A stretch of DNA of 64,000 nt from Bacteroidota bacterium (GCA_028875125.1 JAPPGC010000016.1:70167-134166), one strand, 5' to 3'; positions 20,565 to 30,523 are shown, counted from the first letter of the stretch. Numbers and translations are program-made. Notes: generated from the letters alone by a model not told the origin.

Positions 20565-21236
20565 ATGGAGAATAGTCTGAGCCTAACCATCCGCGGAGGG
20601 GGGCATAAGTATGGGTACAGGAGGATTTTCAGCAAAGTTGAGCTGACACTGTTGCCGGGGGAGATACTTGCTATCACTGGTGCAAATGGTTCAGGGAAGT
20701 CTACATTGCTTAGAATTCTGGCAGGCGTTCTTCAACCAACCAAGGGGGAGGTGGAACTAATATTGGACGGACAACGCATACCCAGAGAGCTGCATGCGCT
20801 GAATGTAGGTTTTGTAGCCCCTTATGTAAACGTGTACGAGGGCCTTACTCTGCGTGAGAATCTTGACTTTATAATGGGCGTCCGAGCAATGAATGAGCCG
20901 ATGGAGCATCTAGAGTCTATAGTCGCAGAAGTTGGATTGTCAGGTTGGATTGATGCACAGGTGGGTACATACTCGACCGGGATGCAGCAGCGGGTACGCT
21001 TTGCAGCTGCATTATTGCACAGACCCAGGGTATTGCTGCTTGATGAACCGATGACAGGTTTAGATGCAAAGGGTAGGGCCGTGTTTGAGAAAGCCATATT
21101 CCGTGCACAGGAAGCAGGACACCTGGTCGCTATTGCCTCCAACTCCAAAGATGAGATCCGTTTGACGAACCGCTCGCTGTGTATTGAAGATTTTGCACCG
21201 AGATCAACTGCTCCGGTGCAGTCATCAGGAAAATAA
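20565..21236 (+). CDS. ABC transporter ATP-binding protein (CcmA-like)
   Basis: Walker A GANGSGKST, YSTGMQQR signature, LLLDEP Walker B. Confidence 0.9.
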   Translation: MENSLSLTIRGGGHKYGYRRIFSKVELTLLPGEILAITGANGSGKSTLLRILAGVLQPTKGEVELILDGQRIPRELHALNVGFVAPYVNVYEGLTLRENLDFIMGVRAMNEPMEHLESIVAEVGLSGWIDAQVGTYSTGMQQRVRFAAALLHRPRVLLLDEPMTGLDAKGRAVFEKAIFRAQEAGHLVAIASNSKDEIRLTNRSLCIEDFAPRSTAPVQSSGK

Positions 21237-21271
21237 GTCGTATACTTTGGGGGAGCTAACACCATTAAATC

Positions 21272-21529
21272 ATGATACCCCGCAAGCGTAAGGGTATGAT
21301 TATCAAGAACACGGACAAAAAGCCGTTGACCGTTAAGCTGAAGCACCGTGAAATCGGGCTCCCACCCGGTGGAACAGCTCCGATTACTTCGGATGAAGTG
21401 ATGGAGAATGCAATGCGTGATCTGTTACAGGTTCGCCAATTGGCGATCGTTCGGCCGCTCACAGAGCAGGAAAATAAAGAGGTCCAAAACCAGTTTGCCG
21501 TTAGGGAAAAATCCGAGGAACATCAATGA
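21272..21529 (+). CDS. Hypothetical protein
   Basis: 85-aa ORF whose stop overlaps the start of the next gene (ATGA). Confidence 0.7.
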   Translation: MIPRKRKGMIIKNTDKKPLTVKLKHREIGLPPGGTAPITSDEVMENAMRDLLQVRQLAIVRPLTEQENKEVQNQFAVREKSEEHQ

Positions 21530-22656
21530 AGGTACTGGCACTCGAGCCTTGGTATGGAGGTTCGCACCGGAACTTTGTAGATGGACTCATCAAGAATAGT
21601 TGTCACGAGTACGAACTCGTAACGATGGCGGCGAGGTTCTGGAAGTGGAGACTCCAGGGCGGTGCGCAGACTCTCGCACGCAAATGCAGCCAACTGGCGG
21701 AGAGTGGCTTCACGCCAGATGTGATCTTGGCCTCCAGTATGGTCAACATTCCGGCATTTCTTGCTCTCAGCCGAAAATATATTGGGAATGTGCCAGTAGT
21801 CTACTATTTGCACGAGAATCAATTGACATATCCGTTATCCAAGGAAGAGAAACGGGATTTGTCGTACGCCTACATCAACTATCTGTCGTGTTTGGCAGCA
21901 GATCAAGTTGTATTCAATTCGGAGTTTCACTACAACGAGTTTATACGTGCCCTTCCCGGGTTGCTCCGTGTGTTTCCAGACTACACACATCTGCATACAG
22001 TGTCGGAAATCCGCGCAAAGAGCAGGGTCATGCACCTTGGAATGAATCTTCAGGCACACGCACGCTATTCCAACACGCAGGGCTCTGATAGGGACTCTCC
22101 GATTGTACTTTGGAATCAGCGCTGGGAGTACGACAAGAATCCTGAGGCATTCTTCAGGTTAATGAACCGGTTGGATGATGCAGGGTGTCGGTTTCGGTTG
22201 ATTCTTGCGGGTAAACGTTTTGAGGAGCAGCCCTCGGAGTTCGACACGGCCTTTGAGCGATATGCCGACCGAATTTTACACTATGGATATGCGGAGGATT
22301 TTGAGGAATACAGTCGGCTTCTACATCGGGCCGATATTGTGGTATCCACGGCAATCCATGAATTTTTTGGCATAGCAATGCTGGAAGCGATTTATTGTGG
22401 TTGTCATCCGCTGCTGCCAAATCGTTTGAGTTACCCCGAGTTAATTCCAGAAAAGCTGCACAAGCCATTGTTACATGCTCCAATTCTGTACGACGATGAT
22501 GAAAGTCTCTTCACAATCTTGAAGGCGATGTTGATGGGAGAGGAGCGTCCCCTCCCACACGGAACGCTCCGCGGCATCGTAGAGCACCTTGACTGGTCTG
22601 TCCATGTAGAGCAGTACGACGCACTTATGGCGTCACTGCACCAAAATCCGTCATGA
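21526..22656 (+). CDS. DUF3524 / GTDC1 (tRNA-queuosine alpha-mannosyltransferase-like) glycosyltransferase
   Basis: EPWYGGSH, WKWR, YLHENQLTYP, FNSEFH, WNQRWEYDKNP, HEFFGIAMLEA and YPEL motifs. Confidence 0.88.
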   Translation: MKVLALEPWYGGSHRNFVDGLIKNSCHEYELVTMAARFWKWRLQGGAQTLARKCSQLAESGFTPDVILASSMVNIPAFLALSRKYIGNVPVVYYLHENQLTYPLSKEEKRDLSYAYINYLSCLAADQVVFNSEFHYNEFIRALPGLLRVFPDYTHLHTVSEIRAKSRVMHLGMNLQAHARYSNTQGSDRDSPIVLWNQRWEYDKNPEAFFRLMNRLDDAGCRFRLILAGKRFEEQPSEFDTAFERYADRILHYGYAEDFEEYSRLLHRADIVVSTAIHEFFGIAMLEAIYCGCHPLLPNRLSYPELIPEKLHKPLLHAPILYDDDESLFTILKAMLMGEERPLPHGTLRGIVEHLDWSVHVEQYDALMASLHQNPS

Positions 22657-22669
22657 TGGACAGGTCGAA

Positions 22670-23131
22670 TTGATCAACCCAGATTTTGTTATGCCTACAG
22701 TACATTATCAGCGTGTAAGGAGCTTCATGGAGAAAGCGGGCCAGGAAACTCCGTCCGAAGTAGTTGTGCCTGACGAGCATACCCGATTGCTTCGGGCGCG
22801 TCTTATTCTGGAAGAGGCCATCGAGACGGTGAATGCACTTGGCATCGCAGTCAAGGTCCCCGAGGGTGAACTGGAAATTGATACGTGCATGTTCAAACCG
22901 GAGAGGGCAATTGATCTGGAAGGTGTGGCAGACGGCTGTGCAGATATATCTGTTGTAACGGTTGGCACGTTAATTGCCTTTGGGATTGACGATGAACAAC
23001 TGCTGCGTGAAGTAGATGAAGCAAACCTTAGAAAGTTTGGTCCAGGTAGCTACGTTCGCGAAGATGGCAAATGGATGAAGCCGTCGGATTGGACACCACC
23101 GGATATTGCAGGTGTGCTGGGCACACAATAG
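22670..23131 (+). CDS. All-alpha NTP pyrophosphohydrolase (MazG-like / PRA-PH family)
   Basis: LILEEAIE, ADGCAD, EVDEANL.K and REDGK..KP..W.PPD motifs. Confidence 0.85.
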   Translation: MINPDFVMPTVHYQRVRSFMEKAGQETPSEVVVPDEHTRLLRARLILEEAIETVNALGIAVKVPEGELEIDTCMFKPERAIDLEGVADGCADISVVTVGTLIAFGIDDEQLLREVDEANLRKFGPGSYVREDGKWMKPSDWTPPDIAGVLGTQ

Positions 23132-23437
23132 TTGCAGAAAAGGAGTGCTAAGCTTGGGAATGACATCCCAGGCTTGTAGTCTCTCAAAGACCGATCTTTG
23201 GTTCAACTTTACCGGTCACGGTAGTCAGGATATTTCTTGCCGTACAGATGCAGGAGGAACCTTGTGAAGGTTGTCACCTGCAACCTGGAATATGTTTTCG
23301 TTGTACTAAACGAGGGATGGGACCTGCTGAAATTCAAACGTCATCGAGTTTAGAGGTTCAGCAAAGGGTACTATGGGGAATCATTTTACCGTGAGTTGCA
23401 ATCCTGCCTGATGCGGGTACGGTAGGCGGGAACGCAA

Positions 23438-24904
23438 GTGAAGTTGATTCGTGAATATCATTTAGGACAGGACAGAGAGTTGATGACTAAAACATGTTAT
23501 TTGATAGCCCTCCTGGGGTTGCTTCTTTCTGCGGCCAGCAGTACAGCACAGCAGGCTCCCCAGATTGATATTGACTACGTTTCATTCGCTTATGATGAAC
23601 AGGAGTCAATGGTTGAGCTTTATATGGCGGTCGAAGCAGGTTCACTCACCTATGAAGCGGGTGATTCGCTTCACACTGCCACGATTCCCCTTGAATTAAG
23701 CTTGCTCAGTTCCTCTGATACGGATCTGGATGCATCAGCAGAGCGTGTTGTATGGGAGCGGCAGATGGATCTGCAGTTTGCTGTGATGGATCCGTCTGTG
23801 ATTACAGAAGGGCAGGTGTTTTTGCGTCAAGTCCGGCTAACAGTCGTACCCGGTGAGTACGAACTGCAAATCGTCATGCCCGTGTCCGGCCAAGATCCCG
23901 CGCAGGCCAGCCGTGATGTAATCATACCGGACTATAGTCAGCAGGAAAGCTGTACACTTTCAGACATAACACTGGCCTCCAGGATTACTCCTTCGGAGGA
24001 CAGAGAGGATCCGTTCTTTAAGAACAGTCTGCATATACGTCCAAATGCCAGTCAGTTATACGGTGAAGGGGCTGCAAATCTCTTCTACTATGCAGAGGCC
24101 TACAATACTGCATGCGCAGCTTCGGGTACGGACGAGTATACGATGCTGATATACGTTTCTGAAGCGAACAGGCCGGCGCCAATCACAGGTTTACAGAAGC
24201 GCTCGAAACGACCGGTGCGTCTGACGGATGTCCTTGTCGGCAGGTTTAATTTGGCACCTCTTGTTTCTGGCACCTACTTTCTGCACATGGTAGTTCTTGA
24301 CGATGCCAATGAGTCCAAGGTTGAGCAAGCCCGTAAATTCTTTGTCTTCAATCCAAGTGCAGATTCGGCGCTGGCACAGCCTGTCGTTGCCACGGAAACA
24401 TTCGAGACAAGTGGTTATGCCACTATGCCGGAGGACGAAGTAGAGCAGGGGCTTGAGCATATTCAGATTATTGCCACGGAGCAGGAGTTGCGGCGGATCA
24501 GGAATGTGGAGGATCTCAATGAGCGGCGCCGACTGCTGATGGACTTTTGGTTGGTACGTGATCCCACTCCAAGGACGGGGGTCAATGAATACCGGGATGA
24601 ATTCTACAGCCTGCTGATGTATGCTAATGAGCGTTATTCGGTTCAGCGCATAGATGGATGGGAGACAGACAGAGGGCGTATTCTGATAAAATATGGACGC
24701 CCGAGCGCCATTGAACAGCACCAGTACGATAGGGGGTTTAAACCCTACGAAATCTGGAACTACAATAATATTTCTGGTGAGGGTCAGGCCATGTTTGTAT
24801 TTGCAGACCTGGACGGATTTGGCGAGTATGAACTTATTCATTCGACCGTTGCAGGTGAACGTAAGCTACCAGACTGGATCAGAAGAATCAGCGAGTCCTA
24901 TTAG
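23438..24904 (+). CDS. GWxTD domain-containing protein
   Basis: FW..RDPTP...NE, DGWETDRGRILIKYG.P and YEIWNY motifs; signal peptide. Confidence 0.92.
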   Translation: MKLIREYHLGQDRELMTKTCYLIALLGLLLSAASSTAQQAPQIDIDYVSFAYDEQESMVELYMAVEAGSLTYEAGDSLHTATIPLELSLLSSSDTDLDASAERVVWERQMDLQFAVMDPSVITEGQVFLRQVRLTVVPGEYELQIVMPVSGQDPAQASRDVIIPDYSQQESCTLSDITLASRITPSEDREDPFFKNSLHIRPNASQLYGEGAANLFYYAEAYNTACAASGTDEYTMLIYVSEANRPAPITGLQKRSKRPVRLTDVLVGRFNLAPLVSGTYFLHMVVLDDANESKVEQARKFFVFNPSADSALAQPVVATETFETSGYATMPEDEVEQGLEHIQIIATEQELRRIRNVEDLNERRRLLMDFWLVRDPTPRTGVNEYRDEFYSLLMYANERYSVQRIDGWETDRGRILIKYGRPSAIEQHQYDRGFKPYEIWNYNNISGEGQAMFVFADLDGFGEYELIHSTVAGERKLPDWIRRISESY

Positions 24905-24907
24905 GTT

Positions 24908-26407
24908 GTGGCCGCAATAATGATAGAATCCCTGGAAGGGCGGGTTGGCTCAGTGGTTACGTTGCAGGGGTGGTTGCAACAAAAACGTGCTTCCAAGGGG
25001 TTGATCTTTTTGGTTATTCGCGACGGAACGGGATTGGTCCAATGTGTAGTTAATCAGCGCGATGTGGATGAACACTCGTGGGCTAGTGCGTCAACCATGA
25101 CTCAGGAAACCTCGCTCACAGTCAAGGGTGAGGTATGTGTGGATGAGCGTCAGATTGGTGGCGTCGAGGTGCAGGTCTCCGGTCTTGAGATCATTCATTT
25201 GGTCAGCGACTACCCCATTACTCCGAAGGTGCATGGAGTAGAGTTTTTGATGGATCGACGCCATCTGTGGTTGCGCAGTCGTCGGCCGTGGGCCGTTATG
25301 CGTGTGCGTAATTGCGTGATCATGAGTATCCACAACTTTTTCCAGGAGCGTGGTTTCCTGCAAATGGATGCTCCTATCCTCACACAGAATGCAGTGGAGG
25401 GGACTAGTACACTATTCGAGATAGACTATTTTGGTAGTCCTGCATACCTGACACAGAGCGGACAGCTCCATGGAGAGGTCATGGCGATGGCCTTTAGTAA
25501 AATTTACACCTTCGGTCCTGTTTTCAGGGCGGAGAAATCCAAGACCCGGAGGCACTTGACAGAATTCTGGATGATAGAGCCGGAGATGGCCTTTTATGAT
25601 CTGGATATGAATATGACACTTGCTGAAGATTTTCTAGTTCGGGTTGCATCTGATGCTTTACGTAACTGTGAGGATGAACTGGAGTTACTGGGAAGGGATC
25701 TGGACGCACTAAGGCGTGTTCAGGCGCCGTTTCCTCGTATCAGCTATTCGGAAGCCGTGGAGCTATTGCGCAGTGATAAGACCAAGAGACTAGTGGAAGT
25801 AAAGATAGATGCGCTACACAGTGAGAAGTCTGATCTGGAAAAGGAACGGGTCAGTAACAAATCCAATTATGGGCAACTGAAAGAATGGAAGAAACGTCGA
25901 GTCGATGCACGTGAGATTGAGATTAACGCTCGTCTAGCCCAGGTACAGGAAGAATTGCGGAACTTGCCAAGATGGTGGCAATCTGCGGCCGAGTTTGAGT
26001 GGGGAGGAGATTTTGGCGGCAGTGATGAAACGTTGTTAACCTGGCATTTCGATCGCCCCATCATCGTCCACCGTTATCCGGAAGCGGTCAAGGCTTTCTA
26101 CATGAAACGTGATCCAGAAGATGATAGGCTAGCGCTTGGAATGGATGTTCTCGCTCCCGAAGGTTTTGGCGAGATTATCGGTGGAGGGCAGCGTGCCGAC
26201 GATTTGGCTTTTCTGGAGGAACAGGTTGAGCGGCACGACTTGCCGCGCGAGGCTTTTGAATGGTACTTTGATCTTCGCCGCTATGGCAGCGTGCCACACA
26301 GTGGATTTGGACTAGGCCTTGAACGGACCGTATCATGGATCTGTGGGCTGGAACATATTCGGGAAACCATTCCGTTTCCCCGCACACTAGGACGCCTGAC
26401 GCCATAG
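24908..26407 (+). CDS. asnS: Asparagine--tRNA ligase (with lineage-specific insertion)
   Basis: OB-fold FLVIRDGTG, YLTQSGQL, motif 2 FRAEKSKTRRHLTEFWMIEPE, motif 3 HSGFGLGLER. Confidence 0.95.
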   Translation: MAAIMIESLEGRVGSVVTLQGWLQQKRASKGLIFLVIRDGTGLVQCVVNQRDVDEHSWASASTMTQETSLTVKGEVCVDERQIGGVEVQVSGLEIIHLVSDYPITPKVHGVEFLMDRRHLWLRSRRPWAVMRVRNCVIMSIHNFFQERGFLQMDAPILTQNAVEGTSTLFEIDYFGSPAYLTQSGQLHGEVMAMAFSKIYTFGPVFRAEKSKTRRHLTEFWMIEPEMAFYDLDMNMTLAEDFLVRVASDALRNCEDELELLGRDLDALRRVQAPFPRISYSEAVELLRSDKTKRLVEVKIDALHSEKSDLEKERVSNKSNYGQLKEWKKRRVDAREIEINARLAQVQEELRNLPRWWQSAAEFEWGGDFGGSDETLLTWHFDRPIIVHRYPEAVKAFYMKRDPEDDRLALGMDVLAPEGFGEIIGGGQRADDLAFLEEQVERHDLPREAFEWYFDLRRYGSVPHSGFGLGLERTVSWICGLEHIRETIPFPRTLGRLTP

Positions 26408-26411
26408 GAGT

Positions 26412-27086
26412 ATGCAGCTGTATCCCCAAAGGTCATTGCGGTTTATTGGACGCCCATCAGAAGAAATGTTGGTCCGTGCGCAGGATTTTTTCAATCTTAT
26501 GCAGGGGCGACGCTCTGTGCGCACGTTCAGTGACCGCCCCGTTCCGCGAGCGTTGATTGAGCAGGCGATTTTGACTGCCGGTACGGCACCCAGCGGTGCA
26601 CATCGGGAGCCGTGGCATTTTGTTGCTGTGAGTGATCGCGAATTGCAATCAAAAATTCGTCAGGCTGCCGAGAAGGAGGAGCGGGAGAGTTACGAGAGAC
26701 GGATGCCAAAGGCTTGGCGCGAGGCAATTGATCCGCTAGGAACGGACTGGCATAAGCCTTTTCTCGAAACAGCCCCTTGGATTGTCATTTGCTTCGCAAA
26801 AAATGTTGGGGATGATGGAAAGAAGAACTACTATGTGCAGGAAAGCTGTGGCATAGCCTGTGGTCTCTTCATCGCGGCGATTCACAACCTAGGGCTGGTT
26901 ACCCTAACCCATACGCCGAGCCCCATGCGTTTTCTGGGCGAAATCCTTGGTCGTCCCAAAAATGAGCGGGCATTCATTCTATTCCCCGTGGGTTATCCTG
27001 CGGAGAACACTAAGGTGCCGGATCTACAGCGCAAGAACCTCGGGGAACTTTCTACCTGGCACGAAGAGAAGACGGTGCAGAAGTAG
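26412..27086 (+). CDS. Nitroreductase-family flavoprotein, iodotyrosine deiodinase (IYD)-like
   Basis: RRSVR, TAGTAPSGAH.EPW, AAE.EE..Y, LGTDW.KPFLE.AP, YVQES.GIA.G and LTHTPSPM.FL motifs. Confidence 0.85.
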   Translation: MQLYPQRSLRFIGRPSEEMLVRAQDFFNLMQGRRSVRTFSDRPVPRALIEQAILTAGTAPSGAHREPWHFVAVSDRELQSKIRQAAEKEERESYERRMPKAWREAIDPLGTDWHKPFLETAPWIVICFAKNVGDDGKKNYYVQESCGIACGLFIAAIHNLGLVTLTHTPSPMRFLGEILGRPKNERAFILFPVGYPAENTKVPDLQRKNLGELSTWHEEKTVQK

Positions 27087-27091
27087 AAGCT

Positions 27092-27120
27092 AAGGGGCCC
27101 GCCCGAGGGTGAGCCCCTTT
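27092..27120. terminator. Hairpin between convergent genes
   Basis: AAGGGGC...GCCCCTT stem between the IYD-like and glnA stop codons. Confidence 0.6.
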
Positions 27121-27130
27121 GGGGCTTCAA

Positions 27131-29317
27131 TCAGTGTACAAACAGGATCTCGTCGTAGTTTGGTAGCGGCCACATCTTTTCTGGTACTAGGCCTTCCAAT
27201 TTATCCGCCGCCTCTCGCACTTTATCCATAGCCGGTATGATCATGTCTTTTTTGTGCATTGCTTCGGCAGCCAAGCTTTCCTGATGCATATTCAGCAGCT
27301 TGGTTAGCTCATCCACAGCACTCACCAGTTCGGACAGTGTATCGTTGAGCGTCTTGACGACGGGGACCACGGATTCTTTCACATGCAACCCAATGCCTTT
27401 GGTCTGTGCGGCAGTCTGTGTGAGTTCATTCAGGTAACTGAACCCGGCGGGCAGCACTTGTGTTCGCACGAGATTCTCCAATGTTCTGGCCTCAATATCA
27501 ACTGTCATCTCATACTGCTCCAAGGCAACCTCGTAACGGGCGTGTAATTCGGAGGAGCTGAGGATACCAAAGGATTCAAAAAGTTGAGTATTCTTCTCGG
27601 AAGTCAGGTGTCCAAGTGCATCAACTGTCGTGCGCAGATTCAGCAGACCACGTCGCTCAGCTTCCTGGTGCCATTCTTCTGCATAGTTATCTCCCTCAAA
27701 AAGAATATCCTTGCATTCTCTGGCGATCTCAGCCACCATCTCAAGAACGACATCTTTAAGGGAATCCGGGCCTTTATCGTCTTTATCCCGTAGGCGGTTG
27801 CGAAGGCTGTTTGCAAAGTCTCGCAGCGACTCAGCAACTGAAGCATTAAGTACAACATTCGGGAAAGCGAGTGATTGATCAGAGCCTACTGCACGAAACT
27901 CGAACTTATTGCCGGTAAAGGCGAATGGTGAGGTACGGTTACGATCTCCTGCGTGTTTGGGTATGAGCGGAAGCATACTCACTCCCAAAAACAGGTCCGT
28001 ATCTTTTGCAGTACTCAGCACATCGCCGGTTATAAGTTTTTGGTACAGATCGTAGAGCTGCGTTCCGAGGAAGACGCTTAAAATAGCAGGGGGGGCTTCA
28101 TTGGCCCCCAAACGGTGGTCGTTGCTGGCGGAACACACCGATATACGAAGCAGGTCCTGGTGTCTGTATACAGCACGGATCACTGCTGAGCAGAAAACTA
28201 GGAAGGGCAGATTTTCGTGTGGTGCTTCTCCGGGATCAAGCAGGTTTTTTCCTTTATCAGTAGCGATTGACCAGTTAATATGTTTACCTGAGCCGTTCAG
28301 GTCAGCGAATGGTTTTTCATGCAAAAGTGCCACCAGACCGTGCTTGCGTGCGATACGCTTCATGATAATCATCATGAGTTGCTGGTGGTCAGAGGCAATA
28401 CCACTGGTCTCGAAGACCGGTGCAACCTCGTACTGGCTGGGTGCAACCTCGTTATGGCGAGTCTTAACGGGGATTCCCAGACGATAGAGCTCTTTTTCGG
28501 TTGCCAGCATGCACGCAAGGATTCGACTGGGGATCTCTCCGAAGTAATGGTCATCCAGCTGTTGTCCTTTCGGGGGTGCGGCACCGAGAAGTGTACGTCC
28601 CGTATTGACTAGGTCTGCCCGGCGGTAGAAATATTCCTCATCAATCAGGAAATACTCCTGCTCTGCTCCCACGGTTGTCTGTACACGTTCGACATGTTCG
28701 CCAAGCAGGCGCAGGACACGGCGTGCCTGCCTGTCTAGCGCATCAATGGAGCGTAGCAGCGGTGTTTTGTGGTCAAGTGCTTCACCGGTCCATGAGACAA
28801 AACATGTTGGAATAGCGAGGTAACTCCCGTTCTCATTCTCAACCAAAAAAGCAGGTGAAGAGGGATCCCAGATCGTATATCCGCGTGCCTCATGCGTAGC
28901 TCTGAGACCACCGCTCGGGAAGCTGGATGCGTCTGGTTCTCCTTGTATGAGGTCCCTTCCGCGCAGGCTTGCGATTGCCTTGCCGACAACTGTCGGATTA
29001 ATGAAGCTGTCGTGCTTACCGGCGGTTTTACCTGTGAGCGGTTGAAACCAATGGACAAAATGCGTAGCTCCACGCTCCAGGGCCCACTCCTTCATGGTCA
29101 GTGCCACGATCTCAGCGTGATGAGTAGCAATAGGAGAGCTTTTGGTGATACAGTTCACCATCCCCTGGAAAACCTCCTTCGGCAGCCGCTTGCGCATCTC
29201 GTCGATACCAAACGTGTTTTCAGCGAAGTGGACCTCCAGGTCAGGCGGCTCAATCGTATCAATGTGATTGGCGCGATATTTAGTCGCAGCGGTGATGTTG
29301 TGGAGTCTGAGGCTCAT
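27131..29317 (-). CDS. glnA: Glutamine synthetase type III
   Basis: 728 aa; HWFQPLTG..A.KHD, GEPDASSFPSGG, EQEYFL, RHNEVAP, GSGKH, RLGANEAPP and DRNRTSPFAFTGNKFEFRAVG motifs. Confidence 0.96.
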   Translation of the reverse strand: MSLRLHNITAATKYRANHIDTIEPPDLEVHFAENTFGIDEMRKRLPKEVFQGMVNCITKSSPIATHHAEIVALTMKEWALERGATHFVHWFQPLTGKTAGKHDSFINPTVVGKAIASLRGRDLIQGEPDASSFPSGGLRATHEARGYTIWDPSSPAFLVENENGSYLAIPTCFVSWTGEALDHKTPLLRSIDALDRQARRVLRLLGEHVERVQTTVGAEQEYFLIDEEYFYRRADLVNTGRTLLGAAPPKGQQLDDHYFGEIPSRILACMLATEKELYRLGIPVKTRHNEVAPSQYEVAPVFETSGIASDHQQLMMIIMKRIARKHGLVALLHEKPFADLNGSGKHINWSIATDKGKNLLDPGEAPHENLPFLVFCSAVIRAVYRHQDLLRISVCSASNDHRLGANEAPPAILSVFLGTQLYDLYQKLITGDVLSTAKDTDLFLGVSMLPLIPKHAGDRNRTSPFAFTGNKFEFRAVGSDQSLAFPNVVLNASVAESLRDFANSLRNRLRDKDDKGPDSLKDVVLEMVAEIARECKDILFEGDNYAEEWHQEAERRGLLNLRTTVDALGHLTSEKNTQLFESFGILSSSELHARYEVALEQYEMTVDIEARTLENLVRTQVLPAGFSYLNELTQTAAQTKGIGLHVKESVVPVVKTLNDTLSELVSAVDELTKLLNMHQESLAAEAMHKKDMIIPAMDKVREAADKLEGLVPEKMWPLPNYDEILFVH

Positions 29318-29707
29318 GGGTGTAACGTAGTGTGTTTACGGTTAATGAGGGAAAGCTTCGGTACGCTGAAAGGTACGAACTCGTGAACAATAAAAAACAA
29401 TAATTCAGCGAAATTCATTGGATATTAGTGCAAAAAAGCAAAATTGGCAAAAAAAATTGCGTTTTCTGCCTTTTTCACAAAAATAACTAATGGATAGGAT
29501 TGCCGATCGAGCGTCTACTCTAAACAAATAAATTAGTTCTCTGAGTGTGGACTTGATTGCAAAAATAATGGTCCCCGTGAGTGATATAGATTCAGGAGTG
29601 TGCCGGGGCTGGTGTAGTCTTTATTCCAGTGAATACGCGTGTGATGGTGGATACAATTCCCAAAGTTGCCGTATTCAGATCAATATAGGGGTCCTCACAG
29701 GGTTACG

Positions 29708-30523
29708 TTAGGACTTCCCGATTAATTCCATTGCGGCAGATTTCAGTCCTTCTGGTAATGTAGACGGGAGCTTGCGCTCATTTAAATTCGAAATTGGCGC
29801 AGCCAGTCGTGCACTGTTCGTCATGAACGCAGCTTCCACGAACTGCAATTCGTCTTCCTGCGTCGTTCGCTCTACAACTCTGAGATTTATTTCTTGAGCA
29901 ATCTGCATTATCCATTTACGCATAACTCCTGGCAAGACACCGTCTGAGATTGGTGGCGTAGTCCAAGTGTTACCAAATCTCAGGAAAAGATTCCCGATTG
30001 TCGTGCAACAAACTTTGCCAAGAGTATTCAGAAAGAGGGCATCATCATAGCCATCGGCGCGAGCGGCTCTAAGGGCTGCTAGATTATCCGTATAGGCGAG
30101 AGTTTTATGACGGCTCGTAGGTGAAGTGCTATTTCGTCGAATGAGGCTGGTTTGCAGTGAGATCGACTTAAATCGATCGCTCTTGTTCATCGGAGATAAG
30201 CTCAGCAGAATTGTTGGAGGAATCATTTGAGTATTCAAGCTCCATCTTTCTGCGGGGCCTGACGTTACCGTGATACGCAACACACCACTATGGTCTTCGG
30301 TCAGGTTATTGTCGAGTAGATCATTGATCTTTTTCTGATCAACTGCGATGTCGAGTGCGGCGGCATCACACACAAGCCGGTTCACATGAAACGAGCGTAA
30401 AATTACCTTGCCACATACAACTAAGGACGTGTCGAATACACCATGTGCGAGTAACAACCCCCGATCCCGTAGGTCGAATGGGTGAATTGTATCTTGTCTG
30501 CCTGATTGCTCTAAGAGGAACAT
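29708..30523 (-). CDS. pabC: Aminotransferase class IV (4-amino-4-deoxychorismate lyase-like)
   Basis: DRGLLL.HGVFDT, HKT..Y, LPGVMR and TNS motifs; downstream of pabA and pabB. Confidence 0.8.
   Translation of the reverse strand: MFLLEQSGRQDTIHPFDLRDRGLLLAHGVFDTSLVVCGKVILRSFHVNRLVCDAAALDIAVDQKKINDLLDNNLTEDHSGVLRITVTSGPAERWSLNTQMIPPTILLSLSPMNKSDRFKSISLQTSLIRRNSTSPTSRHKTLAYTDNLAALRAARADGYDDALFLNTLGKVCCTTIGNLFLRFGNTWTTPPISDGVLPGVMRKWIMQIAQEINLRVVERTTQEDELQFVEAAFMTNSARLAAPISNLNERKLPSTLPEGLKSAAMELIGKS

Noticed and set aside
24191-24841. Long antisense ORFs (also 8859-9464, 34904-35512, 40232-40831 and many shorter ones)
   Set aside because: They are shadow frames opposite well-supported genes, with no recognisable motifs.
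25769-25990. Intein in asnS
   Set aside because: Too short and lacks the N-terminal Cys/Ser block and the C-terminal His-Asn splice motif.
29444-29460. Sigma-54 promoter (TTGGC-A8-TTGC) upstream of glnA
   Set aside because: The GG-to-GC spacing is 11 rather than 10 and the motif is on the strand opposite to glnA transcription.
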